Assembly: GCA_964016885.1 (NCBI GenBank)
Contig: OZ024741.1
Location: 125,550,001-125,614,000, forward strand
DNA length: 64,000 nt
DNA from: Eledone cirrhosa
Lineage: Eukaryota
Direction: 5' to 3'
This document shows, in pieces, positions 48,394 to 61,750 of this stretch (the stretch's first letter is position 1; each line of letters begins with the position of its first letter). Both the position numbers and the translations under genes were made by a program. Below the pieces are notes generated by a model that worked only from the letters and a program-made list of their open reading frames with translations, was not told where the DNA came from and made no database searches.

Positions 48394-48785
48394 TTTTTAT
48401 CCTGAAAACCATCCTTCTGGAATTCCTTCCCTGCATGTCTTTCTTTCAGTTGGTGACACAATATTTTAACCATTTCTTTCATTACCTCTTAATATCCTCT
48501 AATAATTTAGCAGAAAATATGTAAAAACAGGTTTGTTGATTCAAATGTTTATAGTGTCTTTACTGGTGGACAGATCACTCTGAAAATTTGCGTTATTTAA
48601 GTAAAGACTTCAATATTTCATGTGATGCAGTCATAGAGTTACTTCGTACATTTCAAGAATATCTTGCTAATGTGGTTTCATGTGGTACAGGATATTTCTC
48701 TCATTAACTAATATTCTCACACATGTTTTTACTAATTGCATCTCTCTGCCATGCTCTCTTGTTCTTTCCTTCCAACTCTCTCTCA

Positions 48786-48863
<78 letters not shown>

Positions 48864-48974
48864 CTCTCTCACCCTCTCTCCCTCTAGCTATACAAAGTGA
48901 CACAGTCTTTTATGTCACAGCCATATTACATGACACTCCCAATATTCACTCCAGTGTATCAACACACCTGTATC

Positions 48975-49590
48975 CATCACCACCACCACCACCACTACCA
49001 TTACCACTACCACCAAGACAACCAACTACACTACCACCAAGACAACCAACTACACTACCACCACCACAACCAAAACAACTGACTACACACCCACCACCGC
49101 CACAACCACTACCACCACCATGACTACCACCACAACCACTACCACCACCATGACTACCACCACAACCACTACCACCACAACCACAACCACTACCACCACC
49201 ATCACTACCACCACAACAACTACCACCACCATCATTACCACCACAACCACTACCACCACCATCACTACCACCACAATCACTACCACCACCATCACTACCA
49301 CCACCATCACTACCACCACCATCACTACCACCACAATCACTACCACCACAACCACTACCACCACCATCACTACCACCACAACCACTACCACCACCATCAT
49401 TACCACCACAACCACTACCACCACCATCACTACCACCACCATCACTACCACCACCATCACTACCACCACCATCACTACCACCACAACCACTACCACCACC
49501 ATCACTACCACCACAACCACTACCACCACCATCACTACCACCACAACCACTACCACCACCATCACTACCAACAACACCAACACCACAATA
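48975..49590. repeat. ACC-derived higher-order repeat (15/27-bp units)
   Basis: accaccatcactacc and accacaaccactacc units. Confidence 0.9.
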
Positions 49591-50124
49591 AACGTCACCC
49601 CACCACCACTATCAGACTATAAAATTGCTTCAGTCTTTTTGGGTTAGGGTTCAGGGATTTTCCTTTTAAAACCTATCCTACAATTACTCCAAGAATATTC
49701 TATATAATTCGACATTCCTTCTAAACCCCAGCCCCATCTTCTCTACGCCATGTAGCAAATATTCCAGAATGACATAAGCAAAAGTATTTCAGTGGGTGTA
49801 TGTGTGAGAGAGAGAGAGAGAGAGAGAGAATAAGAGCAAGAGTGCGTGTCTGTGTGTGTATCAAATAGGTGTGTATATATCTGTGTGTGAGAGAGAGTGA
49901 AAATGTGGTCTGTGTGTGTGTATGGGAGAGAGTTGTGTTGTGTATATATGGGTGTATATATGTGTGAGAGAGAGAAAGAGTGTGAGAGTGTGTGTATGAG
50001 AGTTGGGTTGTGTATATGAGTGTATATGAGTGTAGATATCTGTGTGTGTGAGAGAGAGAGAAAGAGTGTGCTGTGTGTGTATTTGTATGTGTGCCTTTCT
50101 GTGTATCTGTTTGAGTGTGCCTAT

Positions 50125-50163
<39 letters not shown>

Positions 50164-51032
50164 TGAGAGATAAAAAGTGTGCTGTGTGTGTGTGTGTGTG
50201 TGTGTGTGAGTGAAAGATAAAAAGTGTGTTGTGTGTGTGTGTGTGTGTGTGTGTGCGTAATGCAGTATAACTGAATGGTTAAGAGGTTCGCTTAAAAGCC
50301 CATTAGATGAACTGTACCTGTAATTCAAAGGGTCAGCCTTTTCACACACAGTGTCACATCGAATCTCCCTGAGAATTACATTAAGAGTACATGTGTCAGC
50401 CACTTACACATTAATTTCACAAGCAGGCTGCTCATCACAATCAATGGAGGTCTGTTGTACATGTTTGTTTATCTGTGTGTAAGTTTTACTTTTAGTCATA
50501 GAGTCACAGGAAGAACCTATGAACCCTTATAGGAATGGAGGAGAAAGGTATTCTGAAACCACAGAAACCAGAGATATGGTCCAAGTGCCAAAAGCCGCCA
50601 ATGACCAGGTGGTCATGTTAAACCACATGCCAGATTAAGTCTACTTTAGCAGGTTTTTACAGCTGTATGCCATTCCTATCTTCAACTATTTTACAGAGTG
50701 TACAAGATGCAGTTATGTGGCCCCAGTACTAGAGAGGTTGTCGTGTCCATAACATGACAGAAGAATATTCATACCTCAATCATAATGATGTATATATGTC
50801 TCTAATGCTTGGTGACAACATAATGGTTGATGACAACATAGCTCCATCACAATCACATATAAGTTCATAAATGTTTGCTGACAACACCATATTTCATAAC
50901 AAGACAGTTTGGTAAATGGTCATGTCAGTATAGAACAATAGCAAATTGCACCTCACCACCACCACCTTACTGTTTCCTATATTTGTAACAAATTGAAAGG
51001 TCCTTTCATCATTTTGAAAAATATTTCAAACT

Positions 51033-51153
<121 letters not shown>

Positions 51154-51169
51154 TCATATATATATATAT

Positions 51170-51975
51170 ATAGAATAGAATGAAACGAAATTTCATTTCT
51201 CACTCTTAGTATGGCACTTACTTAAATGTATGTATGTACGTATACATACATACTTACATTTAAGTAGGTGCCGTACTAAGAGTGAGAAATGAAATTTAGT
51301 TTCATTCTATTCCATTTATTGTTTTCGGTGCACCCGGCCGACTGAACTCACTCGATATGCAAATTATATATATATGTACGTATATATATATGTACATATG
51401 GATTCACCGAACATTTATTATAATGCTCGGTGTGTAAACAAACATCCCGTATTAAGCCGTAGTGTCTAGCAACCATCGTTGCTCGTTTGTTCAACACTAT
51501 ATATATATATATACTACTGAACGTCTGTATACATATATGTACGTACGTGTACATACTTATATTTAAGTACAGCCGTACTAAGAGTGGGAAATGAAATTTC
51601 GTTTCAGTTTTTCCATTTATCGTTTTCGGTGCACCCGGCCGATTAACCCACTCGATATGCAAATTGGACTACTCAGCCGTTAATATGCATAAGGTAAGTA
51701 TATACGTTCAACCATCTGGCAGGAAGGTATACGAAACTAGTACAGCGTTCCTTTGTCAGTGTTGAACAAAAAGGTGACATGGTTGCCTAAACACTGTACG
51801 GCGTAATTCGAGCTGTTTGTTTGTTTACAAACAAACAAACCGAGCATTATAATAAATGTTCGGTAAACCCATATGTGCATATATATATGTGTGCATGTAT
51901 GTATATATATACATACTACTGTACGTCTGTATACATATATGTATGTACGTATACATACATACATACTTATATATA
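51170..51975. mobile_element. Rearranged TA-embedded repeat with direct and inverted modules (Penelope pseudo-LTR-like)
   Basis: Hairpin ~51175-51312; 51250-51365 repeats at 51550-51666; 51390-51498 is inverted at 51758-51880; atactactg.acgtctgtatacat recurs at 51511 and 51913. Confidence 0.65.
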
Positions 51976-51976
51976 T

Positions 51977-53030
51977 ACACACGCTTACACCTCTCCAAGA
52001 CAATGTCACTGGACCGAGACCTTTGGCGGTACTCAGTAATAGAGAAGACCCGCCTTACCTAAATACAAAGTAAAAATACCCTAGAAATGCTATATGTTAA
52101 TACGGCACTCCTACGACTGACTCCCTCAGGAGTTACGGGACCATGCATGCAATGCCTACATTAATCTATTTTAATTACTAATTGAATTTTCTTTTCAATA
52201 ATAATTATTTGTTACTTAACCATACAGTTATAAGAGATAAAGTGGACTACAAATATTGTGGTTTTCAAGGCTTTGCATGTGAATGAGCCTGAAACCACCC
52301 ATGGTTCTACAATACAAAACTGTTAGTAACAAAGGGGTTTTAATTTATATTTTAAAAAACCTTCCCCTCATAATTGTATGTAAGAACCTTTGTTATGTTC
52401 CAAACACCAGCTTAATAATGAGAAAGTTAATTATATTACTAAATGTCACTGGACCAAGACAATGTCACTGGACCGAGACCTTTGGCGGTACTCAGTAATA
52501 GAGAAGACCCGCCTTACCTAAATACAAAGTAAAAACCTACTACAGTCAGTAGGCATCTCTATCAAAACACACCCCCATCCCACCACCTCCACCCCACCCA
52601 CACCGCCCCTTTCAATGTAAAGTTATGTTGGTCCCACAACATCCAGGCCGAAACAAATGAGATCGTGTAGGTGTCACGACAAAAAACACACAGTCCACGC
52701 TGTAAATGTGGCCGTGTAGGCAACACGGTAAAAACCTCCCAGCCCCACACTGTAAATGTGGTTGGTGTTAGGAAGGGCATCCAGCTGTAGAAAACCCGCC
52801 AGACAGTCCACGCTGTAATGTGGCCGTGTAGGCAACACGGTAAAAACCTCCCAGCCCCACACTGTAAATGTGGTTGGTGTTAGGAAGGGCATCCAACTGT
52901 AGAAAACCCGCCAGACAGTCCTATGCGAGCAAGACAACCACTCTTGCCTCAAGTGGGAAAACCCCCGTCCAAACCCATGCAAGCGTGGAACACGGACGCT
53001 AAACCTGATGATGATGATGATGATGATGAT
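51977..53030 (+). mobile_element. Chimeric RTE family A insertion carrying a ~370-bp foreign segment
   Basis: RTE piece 51977-52075, then a segment matching 11942-12310, then an RTE 3' end matching 12309-12892. Confidence 0.85.
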
Positions 53031-53217
53031 ATATAATATATATGAATATATCTATCTATCTATATATCTATCTCTCTCTCTCTATATATATATAATTTAG
53101 TTTATATACATACACATATATATAATTACTTACAACAGTGACATATACAGGTACTTTGTGTTATACACCCCAATTCACTCAACCTATTATATAAACAAAG
53201 ATATATATATATATGAT

Positions 53218-53535
53218 GGAGGCACATGGCTTAGTGGTTAGAGCATTGGCCTTGCAATCGAAAGGTTGTGAGTTCAATTCTCAGACTGGGTGATGTGTTG
53301 TTTCCTTGAGCAAGACACTTTATTTCACATTGCTCCAGTTTACTCAGCTGTAGAAATGAGATGATAGGGACTGGGGTCCCTATCATTCCACTGCAAAAAA
53401 GCACCCAGCACTCACTGTAAATGAGGTTGGTGTTAGGAAGGGCATCCAGCTGTAGAAATCAAGCCAAAATCAGTTCCCGTCCCACCCTTGCAAGCAGGGA
53501 AAAGCGGATGTAAAATGAAATGAATGAATGAATGA
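53218..53535 (+). mobile_element. tRNA-derived SINE with RTE tail
   Basis: Same family as 4499-4885; (TGAA)n tail; TA-flanked. Confidence 0.85.
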
Positions 53536-53914
53536 AATATATATATATATATATGTGTTCAACTGGTAATTCTTTGTTATATATTAATACTCTACATTAA
53601 TACTATATATCATCATCATCATCATCATCGTCGTCGTCGTCGTTTAACATACATTTTCCACGCTAGTATTAGTTAGACAGGTCGTCCCATTAGAGGTAAG
53701 TTGGGTCAGGTGACCATGTCTTACTCATATGTAACTGTTTCTGGCTAGGTTTCTACAGCTGGGTGCCATTCCTAATGCGAATCACATTTACAGTGTGTGC
53801 TGGGTGCTTGTTGTCGTGACACCCACATGACCACATTACAGTGTGGGCTGGATACATTTTATTTACAGTGTAAAGGTGGAGTGGACAGGAGTGGGTATAG
53901 TGGTTAAGAGGTGC

Positions 53915-54636
53915 CTACTATAATATATATATAAAATTGTATTCCTGTCTGTTTGTATGTTTGTTCACGAACTACTCCAATGGTTTTGGAGATAGACAAT
54001 CATAAATATATATTTTCTGAAACTACTTTGCCCAGGGTACTTGGATAAGTATATTTCATTTCAATCAAAGGGTTCCCCGGGGGCAAAACCCCCGCTGAAA
54101 GTTTTTTCCCTTCGATTTATATGAAATTTAAACTATAGGTAAATCACAACATATGATGCCTATTTACAAAAGTTTTGAATTGATATTTTGAAAAAAAATT
54201 ATTTACAAGAAACAAAATAAGAATAAGATTTAATAATTGTTTCTACTTTTGGCACAAGGCCGGCAAATACCCAGTGCATTACTGGTACTTTATTTTATCG
54301 ACACCGTACGGATGAAAGACAAAGTTAACCTCAGCGGGATTTGAACTCAGATCATAAAGGGCTGTAACTCTTTGCTGCAAAGCTGCAAAGCATGGTGTCC
54401 GACCCTCTACCGATACTGCCAATCCACAGCCCTTTAAATAAGATTAAATAATGTAATTTTGATTTGATATATTACAAAAAATAATGTTTTCCAATTTTTC
54501 ATGCATTATATTTTACATTGAGTAATATTGAAATGCAGAGTTTTTCTCCATAAATTATATCACTGATTTAAAATCAATCATCATTTTCTTACAAAAAAAA
54601 TGTCTGAAACACAGCAAGGCGCGGGTAATTCGGCTA

Positions 54637-54637
<1 letters not shown>
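53915..54637 (+). mobile_element. Non-autonomous Helitron-like element with nested SINE (~54232-54432, minus strand)
   Basis: 5' ctactataatatatataaaa...tgtctgtttgtatgtttg and 3' gcaaggcgcgggtaattcggCTAG followed by T; no TSD seen. Confidence 0.7.
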
Positions 54638-54682
<45 letters not shown>

Positions 54683-55004
54683 AGAGAGAGAGAGAGAGAG
54701 AGAGATTTAAATAGATATACAAAGAAATACATACATGTGTGTATATATATCATCATCATCATCACCGTTTAACGTCCATTTTTCCACGCTAGCATGGGTT
54801 AGACTGGTTATTGTGTCTGAGGCAAGATTGGTCAGGTGACCCTGTCTTCCTTACACAGAACAGTTTCTGGCTTGGTTTCTACAGCTGGATGCCCTTACTA
54901 ATACCAACCACATTTACAGTATATAGATAGATAGATATAGATATATACACATATAATTTAGTTTCAAATATTTTTTTTGTTTTCAAAATGATGAAAGGAT
55001 ATGT

Positions 55005-55375
55005 AAAGGCTGGAATGAAATGAAGAGAGAATGCTTCATGGGTGTGCAATGTTAACATGTGTGAATGACAAAGCATGGATGAACTGAGGGAGAAACTTAG
55101 TAAAAAAGGAATCAGATGTCGAGTGCAGGAGAGAAGACTACACTGGTATGGACATGTTATGTTCATGGGTGATGAACGCTGGATGAAGAAGTACCAAGAA
55201 AGCCCAGTGGAAGGAAACAGTAGAATACTAAGGAAGACCTGAGCGGAATTCATGAGAGCTGATCTCAAATTGCTGAAGCTCATGGTAGACATGACAAAGG
55301 ATAGCTACAAGCGGAAAGATGCTGTGCTGAAAAGACCCACCCAACCCATGCAAACATGGAAAAGCAGACATAAAA
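55005..55375 (+). mobile_element. RTE family B 3' fragment, degraded
   Basis: GIRCRVQERRLHWYGHV motif and RTE tail catgcaaacatggaaaagcagacataaa. Confidence 0.75.
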
Positions 55376-55479
55376 TTATATATATATCTATATATATATA
55401 TATATATATATACAAGGAAAAAAGATGAAATCGAAAATGCAACTGAGTCTTTTTCTTTTTAAATATATTTATTTGGTTT

Positions 55480-55515
55480 CTTTACCGGTTTCACAGTTCT
55501 TGTGCTTTTCAAAAG
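55480..55515 (-). ncRNA. Minimal hammerhead ribozyme candidate (U3-A8 core)
   Basis: Reverse complement reads ctt-TTGAAAA-gca[caagaac]tgt-GAA-ACCGGT-A-aag; palindromic stem III, GUA triplet. Confidence 0.6.
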
Positions 55516-55808
55516 TAGAATTGAGATGGAGGGTTTGTGGTTTTTCTCAATATATATATATATATATTTCGTTTCTGAATTTGTTTAGCAAGATTCTTTA
55601 TCTGAAATCGTGTGTTGAAACCGATATTGTTATACTTTGGGAGGGTCATGTTGCCAATAAGAAACACACGCACCAGTTGCTTTCACTTCAATTTATTATA
55701 TATTTATAAATTTATAAATTTACAAATTTACAAATCTACAAATCTACAAACTTATAAATTTCTGGTTGGTTGGTTGGTTCCACAACCAGATAGTTGTTTA
55801 TATATATA

Positions 55809-55851
55809 GTCATAGTCCTTTCGTCACACACTCTGTGACCTCTTCAGTGAC
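55809..55851 (-). ncRNA. Minimal hammerhead ribozyme candidate
   Basis: Reverse complement reads (a)gtca-CTGAAGA-g-gtcaca[gagtg]tgtgac-GAAA-ggac-TA-tgac(t). Confidence 0.72.
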
Positions 55852-56582
55852 TGGGGATTCCTTTCTTCGTTTCTGTGCCTTTCCTTTCTTCTATCCTACG
55901 CCATTTTGTTTCTGTGTGTGTGTTGTGTGCTCAGTTTGCGCATGCGCCACATCCGGGTGTCTGCGTGTGTTTGTGTTCATTTTTCTATTTTTCTATTTAT
56001 ATAGTAATAATAATAAATTTGAAGATTAAAATCCAAAGAGGGCTCGATAAGGATAAATATATATCAAATATATAAGAACCGTAGAGCAAATATTTATTAA
56101 AATAACAGATTAAAGTTTAAGTAAAGAATCACTGCTTTCACCCTTAACGTCTCCACGAACCACCTAAATAGAATATTAGTCCACAACTTCATTTATACCA
56201 TAAACGTGGTTTTGTCTTTGCGTGTAAATAATGACGTATTATCTTCCTTTTTTTCCGAAGTATGAACCAAAGTACCGTCTTCCTGTCTTCCTTCGGTTGC
56301 AACGTTTTTCAAAATATTTACTTCTGCGTTCACAGATTGATTTTTTTAGTTTCAGAAGATCCTGTTAAGGGTGAAAGGAGCGATTCTTTGCTTAAACTTT
56401 AATCTGTTATTTTAATAAATATATATTTATTTATATATATATAACCAAAGATTAGTATGGTTCGTTGATTACTCAACGAATACAATTTTACAATAGATTA
56501 GAAGCTCTCAACAAGTAAAGTTTTTCTGGAGTTTATATATATATATTCAAACTTGCTAGCTTTTTTAAAACATACTTACTTG

Positions 56583-56616
<34 letters not shown>

Positions 56617-56645
56617 CACACACAGCACACACACACACACACACA

Positions 56646-56719
<74 letters not shown>

Positions 56720-56916
56720 CATATATATCATTATCATCATCATTTAATGTTCGTTTTTCCATGCTTGCATGGGTAGACAGGTTGTCAAATTATGAAATAA
56801 GTAAAATCCAGAGACAAGCATGCTCATACATATCTGTATTTTGGCTTGGTTTCTACAGCTGGATGTCCTTCCTAATACCAACAATGTTACAGTGGTATAT
56901 ATGAATATATATATAT

Positions 56917-59900
56917 CATCATCATCATCATCATCGTCGTTTAACGTCCATGTTCCACGCTTGCATGGGTTTGGACAGGAGTTTTCCCACTTGAGGCAAG
57001 AGTGGTTGTCTTGCTCGCATAGGACTGTCTGGCGGGTTTTCTACAGCTGGATGCCCTTCCTAACACCAACCACATTTACAGTGTGGGTCTGGGAGGTTTT
57101 TACCGTGTTGCCTACACGGCCACATTACAGCGTGGACTGTGTTTTTTTTTTTGTCGTGACACCTACACGAACTCATTTGTTTCGGCCTGGATGTTGTGGC
57201 ACCAACGTAACTTTACATTGAAAGGGGCGGTGTGGATGGGGTGGGAGTGGTGTGACGGGGCGTATTTTGTTAGAGATGCCTACTGACTGTAGTAGGTTTA
57301 CTTTGTATTTAGGCAAGGCGGGTCTTCTCTATTACTGAGTACCGCCAAAGATCTCGGTCCAGTGACATTGTCTTGGAGAGGTGTAAGTGTGTGAGGTCGG
57401 AATTTATCAGGTCGTCCCAGTTTTTTCTGGGTCTGCCTACTCCGTGGCTACCGTCTATCTTTATTGCCCTGCACTTTTTTATACAGCTGTCGTCTTTCAT
57501 GTGCATCACGTGACCATACCAACGTAGCCTTCTCTCGAGTAAACAACATCTGATCCCTCTTATTTCTAATTTTTCCCTTAGTTCGTTTATGCTTTGCCGT
57601 TCACGTATATTACTATTACACATCCAGCGGAGCATGCAAGCTTCGTTCCTCTCTAGTCTGCGTATATCCTCTGCACACAATGCCCAGGTCTCACTGCCAC
57701 GCAACATTGCTGTTCGTATGCAGGCATCATACAACCTGCCTTTCATTTTTAGGGAGAACCCTTTAGCGGCTAATAGTGGTATAAGCTCTCTGAACTTTTT
57801 CCATCCAGTTCTGACTCTAGCTACTGTACTTTCAGAGCACCCTCCCCCACTGCTGATTTTGTCACCCAGGTAACGGAAGCTGTCCACTATTTCTATAGAA
57901 CCCTCTGCGCAATTGAAAGAGCTAGTATTTAGTGGGCACTTGCTGCTACTTATTGCACCAGAGCACCGGCCACATGTAAAATCTATGTTCTTAGTTAGCT
58001 TACCTGTGATCCCACTACATCTTTTATGCACCCATACTTTGCATTTGGGACATAAAATGGAGTTTCTACCTACGCCTTTCCTACACACTGAGCATGGCCA
58101 TTTCCCGGAAGGGACCGCTGCCTTATTTTCTTTCCTACAAACTAGAACTTTAGTCTTAGCCAGGTTCATTTTAAGGCCTTTTGATTCTAGGCCGTGCTTC
58201 CATGTTTGGAATTTCTTCTCTAGCTCGGCCATTGATTCAGCTATGAGCGTTAGATCATCTGCGTATAGGAGTTCCCATGGGCAGCTGGTCTTGAACTCCA
58301 CTGTTATAGCCTGAAGGGCAATAATAAATAGTAGGGGGCTAAGAACAGAGCCCTGATGAACACCAACTTTTACACTAAACTCTTCACTATATTCATTGTT
58401 AATTCTAACCTTGCTGACTGTTTCTTTATACATGGCTTGTATAGCTCTCACAAGCCATTCGTCAACACCTAGTTTTCTAAGAGCCCACCAGATAATGGAA
58501 CGGGGGGACTCTGTCGAAGGCTTTCTCCAAGTCAACAAAAGCTAAGTATAGGGGTTTACTTTTAGCTAGGTACTTCTCCTGTAGTTGTCGTACAATGAAA
58601 AGAGCGTCTGTGGTACTTTTGCCTGACACAAACCCGAACTGCATTTCATCTAGATCAATTCTCTCTCTGATTAGTTGCGCTATTACTTTTTCCGTGACCT
58701 TCATGACCTGGTCGATTAATTTAATGCCTCTATAGTTACTCCTATCTAGGGCATCTCCTTTACCCTTGTAACAGTTAATGATGATGCTGCTACGCTAGTC
58801 TTTCGGAACAATCCGATTCTGTATGACTTGGTTTACTATCCGGGTGACCATGGTGTGTCCCACCGTTCCAGAGGCTTTCAGCATCTCAGCAACTATTTCC
58901 GAAGGCCCAGCCGCCTTACCCGTCTTCATATCTTTGATTGCCTTACTTATTATACTACCTTCGACTAACACTGCTGGTCCCTCTATTGGGTCGATGTGGG
59001 GGAGACTGTCTTTCTCCCATTTATTCTCCTCATTTAGAAGCCTTTCGTAGTGACACTTCCAAGCTACCTTCTTATCAGCGTCAGTGGCAAGTACGCCATC
59101 ATCATTAAGTACACACTTCTCCCCGACAATATCACGGTTTTCCTTGACACATTGCCTAGCAATCCTGAACACCTCACGTTTTTGGTCCTCACTTGTAGAA
59201 CATGCTTGAACTTTCTTTCCTCTGCTTCCCTTCTTGCGAAGTACACTTGTCTCCTAGCTTCCCTCCTGGCCACTTGATAGTCTTCTCTACTTCCCCCATC
59301 CCGCCATACTTTCCATGCCTGCTTTTTGGCCTTAATTGACTCCTCCACCTTACTGTTCCACCACCATGTTACTCTCCTCCTACCTACAGGCCTGCTCCAG
59401 CCACAGACTTTGTCTGCCGCCGTCAGCAGGTTTGCTTTCAGGAATTCCCACTGTTCTTCTATATTATACGACTCTAATTGCTCTTCCTTACTGTCGAAAG
59501 CATCAAGTAATATGCTTTGAAATTTATTTCTGGTTGTGGGGTCCTTTAGCTTCCATATTTTTCTCCTGAGGATAGTCCTCTTCTGCTGTCTAGTATGTCT
59601 CGTCCTGACTATGAGGTCGCTAATTATCAGTCTATGTTGGGAGGTGCATTCTTCATGGGGGAGGGATTTAGTGTTTACAACAGACACTCTGTCGCGTCTT
59701 CTGGTAAGGATATATCTACCTGGCTTGTGTGTTCCCCCGATCTATAGATGATCAAGTGATTGTCTCGTTTTTTGAAGTTAGTGTTACACATAGTTAGGTT
59801 ATTTGCGTCACAGAATTCCAGGATTCTGGAGCCTTCCTCATTTCTAGTACCGAAACCATAACCTCCATGGATTCCGTCATAGCCGTCACAATGTTGTCCA

Positions 59901-60990
59901 ACGTGACCATTTAGGTCGCCTGCAATAATTATATAGTCACTGTCGGTTATTTGGGAGGTGGCGAGCATCAGTGTCTCATAGAATCTGTCTTTTATAGTGC
60001 TGGACAGTCCGGATTGGGGTGCGTACGCAGATATTACTGTCACCGTAGTTCTATTGAGGACAAGTCTTATTTTAATTATTCTGTCGTTCACTCTATTTAC
60101 GTCTATTATCTTATCTGCCCACTTTTCTGCTACCATGATTCCTACTCCACCCAGCCCATTGTCATTTCCCACCCAGAAAAGCTTATAGCATCGTTCTTTA
60201 CCCACGATGAATCTAGCAGACCCTCCCCTCCACCTGGTCTCTTGAATACAACAAACATCGACTTCCTTACGTTCAAGCATTTCTACAACCTCGTTAGAGC
60301 GACCCTTTAAGGTGCCTACATTCATGGTACCAACTCTGAAGTTTTGGATTGCGTTTGGAGGGTGGGGAGCGGTGAGGCGCGGGGGGGGGGGGTTATGTTA
60401 GCCATCCGTGGGCGAAACAAGGAGGAGTGCTTGCATTCTCGTCCACGAGGTGAATTTGTCTTTGGCATTGTCGCTGAGCGTCCAGATTTTTCTCTCTTCA
60501 ACTCTCCAGAATTCCGTAGTCCTTCCATCATATCGAAAGGCAACCAGGTAAGCGATAGTATAGGCCTCTGACTTATGATTGGTCCACGTAATAATGGTGG
60601 TGTGTGGGGGTGGGAGGCAGGGATGTTGGGCAGTTAGCGAGAAAGTAAGGTTATAAATAAGATCCCCGTATTTTGGGCATAATTTAACAAGCATAAACAA
60701 AAATACAAGATTTGTTTTGGAAAATACGACAGTGTATCGAGTAGAAAGACAAAGATTGGAAAAAATGATAGAGAATGGCGAATGAATGGACTAATGAATT
60801 AAAATGGAGAGGAGAATAGAGAAAATATTTGTACGTTACATTATACCATGGAAACAGCCATACCAGAATAGGGATTTGGCGATTCTGAATTTTTCGTACT
60901 TGGTAGGGTTTATCTTATATGTATAGAGGGGGGGGGGCGAACCAGCATGATGTATGGGGGAGGGGAGAAGATAGGAGGGAGCAGAAGTTA
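56917..60990 (-). mobile_element. Near-full-length RTE-clade LINE (family A); 5' boundary approximate
   Basis: APE, RT, PHD finger, RTE C-terminus, ~390-bp 3' UTR and (GAT)n tail abutting TA. Confidence 0.9.
57309..60325 (-). pseudogene. RTE ORF (APE-RT-PHD), broken by a few frameshifts and stops
   Basis: NVGTL, CIQETRW, SAYAPQ, GDLNGHVG, QFGF, FVDLEKAFDRV, HQGSVLSP, YADDL and FRYLG across ORFs 59675-60325, 59064-59687, 58795-59172, 58477-58704 and 57309-58538. Confidence 0.92.
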
Positions 60991-61750
60991 AGAGTTTAAA
61001 TAAAGCACTCGAAATTTGGCGTAAAATTTAGCCAGCATAACAAAATATATTTAAAAGAATATATAAGAAGGATTTGTTTTGTTTTGAAAATATATAATAT
61101 ATATATAGATATAGAGAGATATAGAAAGATATACAAGCACATCATGCTCGCATACATGACTTTCTTTAATGTTGAGTCAGTGCTATGTGACTGTGGGGTT
61201 TTGCCTGTGTTCACAAGGTCATCCCTCCTATGGTATTGAGTACTAAACATATACTGCTATGCTCCAGTAAGGATTACTAAGCTATATCTTTTATGTTCAT
61301 ACCATCTGCTTGTCTTGTTCCGTGATCTGATGACATAACCTGACCACAGAAACATGTATTATGTAATTATGCAACAATAAAGGATTTTTATTGAAGTATA
61401 TAACTCCTGTACCAACCACAGGATACCACATCTATGATGAAAGATATGCATAATGTTGAATTCTTTTGATTATTGCATCATGGTCTGCTAATTAGAATGA
61501 CTGGAATCACAAACTATCAGTTAAACAATGCAATGTAAACAATATACATACATATATGTATCAACAGTATATATCGACAGTCGATCAACTTTTGTCAAAT
61601 TGGACCGAGGAAACAATGTTTCCATTGGTCTTTCCAATTGCTAATACTATCTTTCGGACACAACTCCAGGTAGAAAGAGCAAGGTGATATATATACACAT
61701 ATATATATATATATGTATATATATATATGTGTGTGTATATATATATATAT

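Noticed and set aside
51355-51666. Octamer ATGCAAAT sites as regulatory elements
   Set aside because: Both lie within duplicated repeat modules and there is no promoter context.
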